From: Lewinellaceae bacterium
Lineage (GTDB): Bacteria; Bacteroidota; Bacteroidia; Chitinophagales; Saprospiraceae
Assembly (NCBI GenBank): GCA_947476195.1
Contig: CANJPT010000008.1
Span: forward strand, 1,084-65,083
Length of the DNA stretch: 64,000 nucleotides
Reading direction: 5' to 3'
Part shown: piece by piece, positions 1-7,345 of the stretch
Numbering within the stretch: the stretch's first letter is position 1
Layout: each line of letters starts with the position of its first letter
The notes under the pieces: model-generated
What the model saw: the letters and a program-made list of their open reading frames with translations, nothing else
Told to the model about the DNA's origin: nothing
Databases searched by the model: none
Program-made: the position numbers and the translations under genes

Positions 1-201
1 GTTGCCACCCATAGCATTGATTACCAACGTGATATGAGTGGGTTATATGCCTTTGCGGATAAGGCTCCGGAATATTGGGAACACGCGGTTGGTGTCACTG
101 AGGAACAAACCAGCTGGAGTGCCGTTGTTCCATCTGTCAGGCATTCCCAATTCGAGTACATCGGTATGGCTGAGATCCTGGCAAATCCTTTTAAATCATG
201 A
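1..201 (+). CDS. 3' end of an unidentified protein-coding gene (partial, runs off left edge)
   Basis: Frame 1 is open from base 1 to TGA at 199-201 (...FEYIGMAEILANPFKS*). It is absent from the ORF track because no start lies in the window. No family recognised. Confidence 0.3.
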   Translation, partial: VATHSIDYQRDMSGLYAFADKAPEYWEHAVGVTEEQTSWSAVVPSVRHSQFEYIGMAEILANPFKS

Positions 202-371
202 AAATCCTGATTCATCCGTCTCTCAGACGCGACCAGGCTAAGCCGTTACATTTTTTAATATTTTCTCAGTATTAGCCGTATTGCTTTACATTATGTTACT
301 ACTATACATTGATGTAACTACTTGCAAATGTAAAATAATGTGCTTTAGTTTGCACCTCAAAATATATAAAA

Positions 372-737
372 ATGAACATTTCCCTTTGGATTATTCAGTC
401 AATTCTCGCAGCCATGTTTTGCTTTTCGGGCATCATGATTTTAACACAGCCCAAAGAAAAGTTAGCGGCAAAAATGCCATTCGTAAATGACTATTCAGAT
501 CCAATGGTCAAACTTGTTGCTTTTGCACACATCTTTGGTGCCATAGGCTTGATATTGCCTTTGCTGTTGAACATAATGCCTATTCTAACACCAATTGCTG
601 CCAGCGGATTGATACTGGTAATGCTGTTGGCGATGGGTTACAACAAAAAAAGAGGCGATAAAAAAGGTGTAATTGTGGACCTGGTTATTCTGTTACTTTT
701 TTTATTTATTGCTGTTTGTAGATTCAAAGGGTTGTAA
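372..737 (+). CDS. DoxX-family small membrane protein
   Basis: 121-aa ORF with about 4 hydrophobic helices and a sequence pattern typical of DoxX/DoxX-like proteins. Neighbour of an HxlR regulator, a common pairing. Confidence 0.7.
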   Translation: MNISLWIIQSILAAMFCFSGIMILTQPKEKLAAKMPFVNDYSDPMVKLVAFAHIFGAIGLILPLLLNIMPILTPIAASGLILVMLLAMGYNKKRGDKKGVIVDLVILLLFLFIAVCRFKGL

Positions 738-945
738 ATAGCGTTTGTGTAACTTGTTAAGTGGCACGCTCTCTGGCCCAAAAAGGTTCATCTTACGCCA
801 TAATTCGCCCATTTTTTTGACCGTAACAAGGCTATGGCCTACAAAATTCTGCTTCGTCTGGTAAAAAATGGCTATTTTTTTGTCTCAGACGCGACCACGT
901 TAACCAGTTACGTAAAATTTCATAAACAATAAAATTTCGATAAAA

Positions 946-1218
946 ATGAAGAAATTTATGGTTGATATCCTATTAGAAGGATTAGACAACGAAACAAGAA
1001 TGCAACTGCTTCCAAAGGAACAAGAAGTGGTTAAGGAGTTAGAGTCAAATGGGACAATCGTGGATACCTTTATCAAACTGGATATGTCAGGCATTTATAT
1101 GGTAGTCATGGGTTTAGACCCAGATGATCTACATACCAAACTCAGTGCTCTGCCCTATTACCCTTACATGAAAATAAACATTGTACCAGTAAGGGTTACC
1201 AATAGCGTCAATGCGTAA
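946..1218 (+). CDS. Muconolactone delta-isomerase-like (MIase fold) small protein
   Basis: 90-aa ORF. LPYYPYMKINIVPV resembles the LPLFPYMDIEV motif of muconolactone isomerase-family proteins, and size and N-terminus (MKKFMVDI) fit. Confidence 0.55.
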   Translation: MKKFMVDILLEGLDNETRMQLLPKEQEVVKELESNGTIVDTFIKLDMSGIYMVVMGLDPDDLHTKLSALPYYPYMKINIVPVRVTNSVNA

Positions 1219-1328
1219 GCGTTGGTGAGGGTGCTTGCAACGTAAGAATACACGCTTCCGTCAGATCTGCACCGTAACCTGTAGCAATGACAAATCTACT
1301 GTAAAGTAATGAACGCAATCAACATGTT

Positions 1329-1655
1329 ATGGAGAAAGAAAATAAGATAATTTCCGAAAAAACCTGCTCGTTGAAAGAAGTTTTAGACATAATCGGGGGG
1401 AAATGGGCAATGCCAATCATCTATATCTTATCCAAAGGCAAGTTGCGCTTCAAAGAAATTGAAAGAAGTATTGAGGGTATTAATACAAGAATGTTGGTCA
1501 AGGAATTGAAAAATATGGAAGCCAATAAAATTATTACCAGAGAAGTTTTTGCGACTGTCCCGCCCACCGTTGAATATGATTTGACACTAAAAGGTCAAAA
1601 ATTAATTCCTAGTATTACTTCACTACACCATTGGGGTCAAGAGTTTTCAGTTTGA
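1329..1655 (+). CDS. HxlR-family winged-helix transcriptional regulator
   Basis: 108 aa. CSLKEVLDIIGGKW...LRFKEIERSIEGINTRMLVKELKNME...I.REVF..VPPTVEYDLT is the HxlR signature. Confidence 0.85.
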   Translation: MEKENKIISEKTCSLKEVLDIIGGKWAMPIIYILSKGKLRFKEIERSIEGINTRMLVKELKNMEANKIITREVFATVPPTVEYDLTLKGQKLIPSITSLHHWGQEFSV

Positions 1656-1681
1656 ATGTCTTTTGGTTTTCGTTCCTCGCG

Positions 1682-1840
1682 CTAGTGCCGCGTCCGGCCA
1701 TTAAGGTGTGAATATGGCGGTCTAATTTTTCCTTTCTCTGCGTTGTTCGTCGGTTAAAATGTCCCGCATTGCGCCCTTCTCACGCCTTGATAAAGAAAAA
1801 ATTTGCCTCCCCAATTCATAATGGCCGGGCGCGGCACTAG
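1682..1840. mobile_element. MITE-like palindromic non-coding element, copy 1
   Basis: Near-identical to 16136-16299 (first 93 nt identical). Imperfect terminal inverted repeats CTAGTGCCGCGTCCGGCCATTA / TAATGGCCGGGCGCGGCACTAG. No ORF. Confidence 0.7.
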
Positions 1841-1886
1841 CAGGAACTACGCAAATCGGCTGTTGAGATAGTTGATTAATCTGCGT

Positions 1887-2174
1887 TCATTCACTGTTGG
1901 CATTGCGTTCGATTCGGCGCGCTTTGAGAATGAAAGGGTGTGCAATGTTCATTTCTACATATTTGTGTACAATTTCATCAAATGTAGTTTCGGGCATTGC
2001 TTCTATTTGCTTTAATGTAACGCCCCAAAAGTGTGACACGGCAAATTGGAACCTGCCTTTTGAGATATTTTTTTGCCTGATTTTGCCTGAAAGATCATAA
2101 AGGCCGCCAAACAAATAGCGTGTATTTGTTGCAACCCATTGCTTGTGTCTACTTCCAAACTGTTCACAAAACTG
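1887..2174 (-). pseudogene. Fic/DOC-family gene remnant (no ATG start, truncated right after HPF)
   Basis: The open frame reads ...[27 protein letters not shown]...VEMNIAHPF, matching the Fic core (LF..iY.WAG.iR..nISKG ... N..HPF). The catalytic motif then reads [12 protein letters not shown] instead of HPFxxGNGRxxR, and the frame stops 14 codons later. There is no ATG in frame upstream (only TTG at 2114). Confidence 0.5.
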
Positions 2175-2290
2175 CTATCAAACATGCCAAAGAAAAAAAT
2201 TATACCTATTAAATCCCCCATGTTTGCATACCCCAGCGACATATCCGATTTTGGGCCCTTATTTTACCTTATTCGGATCCAAAACAAATT

Positions 2291-3625
2291 ATGCAGGACC
2301 ATTCAAAAAACATGAGACTCGCCATTCTGGCCTCTGCCGCAGGCACTTTGCTGGAATGGTATGACCTTTATCTGGCCATCATTCTGGCCAAAGTCCTCAG
2401 CAATCAGTTTTTCCCGGGTGGTGAAAGCACGTATTTTTTAGAAACTCTGGCCATCGTTGGGTCTTCTTTTTTTGTGCGCCCTCTGGGTTCACTTTTTTTC
2501 GGGAGTATGGGCGATCGGAAAGGACGCAAAAAGTCATTTCTGCTGTCCTTGTTGCTGATGGGTGGCGCAACCTTTTTGATCGGACTGATCCCTACTTTTC
2601 AGCAGGTGGGCTGGTTTGCGCCTATTTTTCTGTTGATTTTAAGGCTGACACAAGGTTTTGCACTGAGTGGCGAATATTCTGGCGCCATTATCTATGTTTC
2701 TGAAAATGCTCCGCCCGACAAAAGAGGGTACTATACCGGATTCATTCAGGCAACGGTACCTATCGGCCTGCTTTTGTGTTTGTCTGTGGTGTTGGGAGTT
2801 CAATCTTCTATGTCCGTGGAAGATTTTAACAGCTGGGGATGGAGGATGCCCTTTCTGACCAGTGCCGTGCTGGTTGTTTTTTCCTACCTGATCCGAAGGA
2901 AGATGGAAGAAACCCCGGTCTTTGCCCGGATGCAGGCGACGGGAAATATTGCAGCATCCCCGGTCAGGGAAGCCTTGGGAACCTCCAAAAACTGGTCTCT
3001 GATGTGGAAGATCATATTTGGCGGCAATGCAGCCCAAAGCACCATCATGCAAACTGCTCAATTTGTCACCTTATATTTTTTGCAACGCGCTGTAAAGATC
3101 GAAGAACATATCAGCCTGCTGATTTTGGCGGCTGCCTTGCTGCTTGGTGCTCCTTTTTTTCAATGGGCTGGCAAGTGGAGCGACAGATATGGCCGCAGAA
3201 AAGTGATCTATACAGGGATTTGCCTGGCTGCGGTATCTATTCCGCTGTCTTTTTATCTGTTCAACCTATACGGTAATCCTGAACACCTCAGTACTGTGCA
3301 CGCCATTTCAAGCCCTGTAATTGCGCTGTTTATTTTCCTAACCTTTGTCAATACGCTGGCCAGTGCATTGGTATATGGTCCCATGGGCGCTTATGTGATG
3401 GAGTTTTTTTCGGGCAGGACGCGTTATACGAGCATGGGATTTACCCACAATGTGGGAAACGGAGTGCTTGGGGGCGCCACGCCCTTGATCACGGAGTTTT
3501 TGAAAGCAAATTTGATCGTCGGCGTCTCACTTTCGCCTTTTATTGGATTATTGTATCCGATGAGCCTGGTAGCAATCGCTTTGGTCATGCATCCATTTTT
3601 GAAGGAACCGCCAAAAGAAGGTTGA
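2291..3625 (+). CDS. MFS transporter, metabolite:H+ symporter (MHS) type
   Basis: 444 aa with about 12 TM segments. N-terminal GTLLEWYDLYL and the GDRKGRK loop are typical of MHS-family MFS proteins. Confidence 0.85.
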   Translation: MQDHSKNMRLAILASAAGTLLEWYDLYLAIILAKVLSNQFFPGGESTYFLETLAIVGSSFFVRPLGSLFFGSMGDRKGRKKSFLLSLLLMGGATFLIGLIPTFQQVGWFAPIFLLILRLTQGFALSGEYSGAIIYVSENAPPDKRGYYTGFIQATVPIGLLLCLSVVLGVQSSMSVEDFNSWGWRMPFLTSAVLVVFSYLIRRKMEETPVFARMQATGNIAASPVREALGTSKNWSLMWKIIFGGNAAQSTIMQTAQFVTLYFLQRAVKIEEHISLLILAAALLLGAPFFQWAGKWSDRYGRRKVIYTGICLAAVSIPLSFYLFNLYGNPEHLSTVHAISSPVIALFIFLTFVNTLASALVYGPMGAYVMEFFSGRTRYTSMGFTHNVGNGVLGGATPLITEFLKANLIVGVSLSPFIGLLYPMSLVAIALVMHPFLKEPPKEG

Positions 3626-3775
3626 TCGTATTTGCAACCGCCCAACAAGGCAGAAAATAATGCAGCCCATTTCCAGATTCCGTCCTTAAGTTTGCCTCCA
3701 ACATACATTTACAATCTGGCCAATAACCCGACACTTACAACTTGCCCCTTTCAACTTGAAACTTTAAACCCAAAC

Positions 3776-6448
3776 ATGCTCCTACACTTCGGCCACGATT
3801 TCGACGCAATTGTTTACGCTCCGCCAACCCGGCCACGCGAGGGTGAATATTTTGTTGGGCCATCTAAGTTACTCTTATGGCTCGAAGGTCAACTGGGCCT
3901 AATCGGCTATCGCAACAACACGGCCTATTTGCGCATTGAATTGTACCGACAGGCACTTGGACAGTATCTCGAAGAAACTACTGGATCGGTGCCCCCATTT
4001 TTTGAAAGATCCTTTGCAGCTGATCGCTTTGCAACGGCTGAATCATTGCTCGCCTGGCGAGATGAGCTACTTTTAGCGGGCTGGAATTTTGCTTTAACCG
4101 ATAAAATACCCGCTCGCCTCCGTGACCTGGCACAAGTGGAAACGAATTTTCAAAAAAAACTTCAGGACCCTGAACTGGGTGTTCATGCTGCCGGTTTCGC
4201 AGATCGTTTTGCACAGGTATTAGAAGCATTGAAATTCCACGAAATTCAAATAGAACAAATCCTGCTTTATGAGCCCGAACATTTACAAAAACCTGTAATC
4301 CGACGGGTTTTAGCTGTTTTTCGGCAGCAAAAAATTGAAGTAAAAGCAATTCAAATACACGGTGCAGCAGCAGCAGGATCACTATTGGGTAAATTGCAAA
4401 GCAGTAATGGGAAAGGTAAAGGGAATTTAGCGATCATCCGCGCTCGCCGCGATTCTGACGCAGCTACTTTTCTTGCACAGACCCTTCGGGAAAACCCTGA
4501 CTACCAGCCGGCGTTTTTAATCCCCGAAATGAATTTACTACTGGAGCAAAACTTAATTAACGAGGGTTTTGCGCCAATGGGCGTCTTATCTGCCTCGCTT
4601 GCCCGGCCTTCCCTGCAGATACTCAAACTTGCCCCTGTATTCTTATGGGAGCCAGTGGATATATTCAAAATAATGGAGTTTGTCACCTTGCCAGTCAAGC
4701 CCTTGGAATCCGGTCTGGCACTTGAAATTGCAAGGGTATTGGCTGCGAAACCGGGCTTATTTAGCGATACCTGGTTTGCGGCTGCGTTTGGTTACCTGGA
4801 AAAGGCCGATGTACCTGCTGAAGCGCGCGAGCAATACAACTTCTGGTTTGACCGCCGCCGGTATCCCGCAGATAGCACGGCTCCCAAACGGGATGCGATA
4901 GCCCTCTACAGTTACCTTCAGGTGTGGGCGCATGAATTTTATGAAGCATCAGGAAGCAATAATTCTTCCTTGTTGGTATTGGCCGAGCAAGCCCGACGCA
5001 TCTATGAATTATTGGAAACTTTGCCAGAACAACGGATCAGTTTCCTTGAATTGGAACGGATCGTGCGCACAATCTATGAACCTTCTCCGATGCAACTGGC
5101 TCCGGCAGAAGTCGGGAGTTTTGCTTTTGTACACCACCCAGGTGCCTTTGCTGCCCCGGTGGATGATCTGGTCTGGTGGAACTGCGTCTTTGAAAATGCC
5201 ACGCCAGCTCCGGATAAATGGCAGACCTTGGAACGTAGTTTTCTTGAAAACCAAAGCGTTGGCTTAGAAACCCCACGGCAGCAAAGTCAGCGGCAACAAC
5301 TGTTACAACTGCGCCCGGTGTTGCAAACCTCCCGAAGTTTGTTGCTTGTAATACCAGAACAGGTGGATGGAGCAGAGGCCGTGCCTCCGCTTTTACTAAG
5401 CGACATTGAGGCGATTTTTGGCGAAGAGATCAAATCATTTACCTTCCAATTGGAGCTTGAGCAGGATCGTTCCCGTTTTGCGGAATGGTTGAAGGTCCCA
5501 GGACATGAAAGTATTTCCACGCGTGTTCTCGCCCGTCCAAAGCCTCAGATCATACTTTCTGATCCTTCCCTGTTGCAAGCCAGCGAATACGAGACACCAA
5601 CCAATCTGGAAAGCCTTTTTTACTACCCACACCGCTGGTTTTTTCGGCAAAAACTGCGACTTTACCGCTCCAGCCTGCTCAGTGTAACGGGCGACAATAC
5701 ATTGCTGGGCAGTCTTGCACACCGTTTTTTTGAAAAACTACTCAAAGAAGATTTTAAAGTACTCGACCGCCGTGGTCTGAACGAATGGATAGAGAACGAA
5801 GCCAAAACCCTGCTTCCCAGGGAAGGAGCAACCTTGTTGCTTTACGGACGAGAGCCAGACCGGATGGCGTTCCTCAATAAAGTAAAAAACGCAGCCTGGA
5901 GTCTTATTTCTCTTTTACGCTCCAATGGTTGGGAAGTAGAAAGCACCGAAATGGCATTGCAAGGCAATTTTGTTGGAATGCCTGTGCGTGGTAAAGCTGA
6001 CCTGGTGCTTCGCCGTGGAGCGGAGCAGGCTATTGTCGATCTTAAATGGAGTGGCACAAAAAGACGCAAAGATTTGATCCAGAATGGGGAAGACCTACAA
6101 TTGGTATTGTATGCACACCTGTTACCGCCACCGGAACAATGGCCTCATACGGCTTACTTTATCCTGGATGAAGGCAAGATGATTGCTCGAAATACGGCTG
6201 CATTTAAGGAAGCTTTGGTGGCTGGTCATGGCGGGGAGGACCACATCGCAGCCAGTAAAGCCATTTTTGAAAAAATGGAAAAGACATACGCCTGGCGCCT
6301 GGCACAAATCAAAAAAGGTCAGATAGAACTCCGTACGTCCCGAACCGCACCCGAACTGGAAGCAATGTACGAAGGTCAATTATTTGAGCTTTTGGAAATG
6401 AAGGACGAAGACGCCCGCTGGGATGATTACAGCACCTTATTAGATTAG
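3776..6448 (+). CDS. PD-(D/E)XK nuclease family protein, AddB-like (no helicase motifs seen)
   Basis: C-terminal nuclease motif GKADLVLRRGAEQAIVDLKWSG...LQLVLYAHLL (D...D.K ... Q..LY). About 890 aa. The track ORF starts at TTG 3632, and I prefer ATG 3776 (MLLHFGHDF...). Confidence 0.65.
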   Translation: MLLHFGHDFDAIVYAPPTRPREGEYFVGPSKLLLWLEGQLGLIGYRNNTAYLRIELYRQALGQYLEETTGSVPPFFERSFAADRFATAESLLAWRDELLLAGWNFALTDKIPARLRDLAQVETNFQKKLQDPELGVHAAGFADRFAQVLEALKFHEIQIEQILLYEPEHLQKPVIRRVLAVFRQQKIEVKAIQIHGAAAAGSLLGKLQSSNGKGKGNLAIIRARRDSDAATFLAQTLRENPDYQPAFLIPEMNLLLEQNLINEGFAPMGVLSASLARPSLQILKLAPVFLWEPVDIFKIMEFVTLPVKPLESGLALEIARVLAAKPGLFSDTWFAAAFGYLEKADVPAEAREQYNFWFDRRRYPADSTAPKRDAIALYSYLQVWAHEFYEASGSNNSSLLVLAEQARRIYELLETLPEQRISFLELERIVRTIYEPSPMQLAPAEVGSFAFVHHPGAFAAPVDDLVWWNCVFENATPAPDKWQTLERSFLENQSVGLETPRQQSQRQQLLQLRPVLQTSRSLLLVIPEQVDGAEAVPPLLLSDIEAIFGEEIKSFTFQLELEQDRSRFAEWLKVPGHESISTRVLARPKPQIILSDPSLLQASEYETPTNLESLFYYPHRWFFRQKLRLYRSSLLSVTGDNTLLGSLAHRFFEKLLKEDFKVLDRRGLNEWIENEAKTLLPREGATLLLYGREPDRMAFLNKVKNAAWSLISLLRSNGWEVESTEMALQGNFVGMPVRGKADLVLRRGAEQAIVDLKWSGTKRRKDLIQNGEDLQLVLYAHLLPPPEQWPHTAYFILDEGKMIARNTAAFKEALVAGHGGEDHIAASKAIFEKMEKTYAWRLAQIKKGQIELRTSRTAPELEAMYEGQLFELLEMKDEDARWDDYSTLLD

Positions 6449-6496
6449 AGATATAAGCGCTATCGTCAATATCCAAGGTCTACTTACCTTAGCGCC

Positions 6497-7219
6497 ATGG
6501 CAAAAATATGGGCTATTTACGCTGCTGCACTTTTCCTGATTCTAATGACCTTGAGTCTCCCGATAGTTCTCTTAAATATGGCTATTTTGCCTGGAGACCG
6601 GGCTTTGCGGAATAACATCTATTATCTGCACCATATTTTCACGCCAATATTCCTAACCTTGGTAGGAGTTAGACTTAAAGTAGAAGGCCGTGAACACCTT
6701 GACCCTAAGCAGAGTTATGTGATTGTAGGCAATCATAGCTCTTCCCTTGACTTTATAGTGAATGGCCACGCTTTTCCAGGGGTTTTTCGTTTTTTAGCCA
6801 AGCAGGAATTGCTCAAAATTCCTGTATTTGGGTTTATCGTAAGGAAAATGTGTCTGGTCGTAGATCGGAGCAGCGCAATGAGCCGTGCCCGAAGTGTTGT
6901 GGCGATTAAACAACAATTGGCTGAAGGCTGGAGCATTTTTATTTACCCGGAAGGAAGCCGAAATGACAGCGAGCAGTCTCTGGCGCCTTTCTTTGATGGC
7001 GCGTTTCGGATCGCGATTCAAACAGGCGCCCCGCTGGCAGTACAGACGATTGTAAATATCCGGCATATTACAGCCAATGGCACCGGTCTTCGTCCCGGAA
7101 TTGTACGCATTGTTTGGGAAGAACCTATTCCAACGGAGGGATTAGGAACTGAAGACATTAATGCCTTGAAAGAAAAGGCTGAATTATTGATGAAAAACCG
7201 GTTGGGTTTTACGGAATAG
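6497..7219 (+). CDS. plsC: 1-acyl-sn-glycerol-3-phosphate acyltransferase (PlsC/LPLAT family)
   Basis: HX4D motif (GNHSSSLDF), FLAKQEL and PEGSRN motifs, and an N-terminal TM anchor. Confidence 0.85.
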   Translation: MAKIWAIYAAALFLILMTLSLPIVLLNMAILPGDRALRNNIYYLHHIFTPIFLTLVGVRLKVEGREHLDPKQSYVIVGNHSSSLDFIVNGHAFPGVFRFLAKQELLKIPVFGFIVRKMCLVVDRSSAMSRARSVVAIKQQLAEGWSIFIYPEGSRNDSEQSLAPFFDGAFRIAIQTGAPLAVQTIVNIRHITANGTGLRPGIVRIVWEEPIPTEGLGTEDINALKEKAELLMKNRLGFTE

Positions 7220-7232
7220 GGGTGCCAATGGG

Positions 7233-7339
7233 GAATTCTGCATACTACTGGACTTTTTCCAAAGCCAGCCCAATAAGGTTTCCAAAAACCTTATTGGGCT
7301 GGCTCTAAATCAAAAATGTCGAGTAGTATGAAAATTCTG
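7233..7339. repeat. REP-like composite palindrome, copy 1 (inner 18-bp perfect hairpin)
   Basis: Inner stem GCCAGCCCAATAAGGTTT (7264-7281) / AAACCTTATTGGGCTGGC (7286-7303) with a 4-nt loop. Outer arms ATACTACT / AGTAGTAT. The core recurs at 42413-42467. Confidence 0.6.
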
Positions 7340-7345
7340 TTCTTC

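Noticed and set aside
216-1330. Integron-like cassette array (three small same-strand ORFs separated by related sequences).
   Set aside because: I could not find attC-type R''-L''/L'-R' imperfect palindromes or a GTTRRRY core at consistent positions. No intI gene is present, and HxlR/DoxX pairing is explained by ordinary regulon organisation. The direct repeats are kept only as a finding to be checked.
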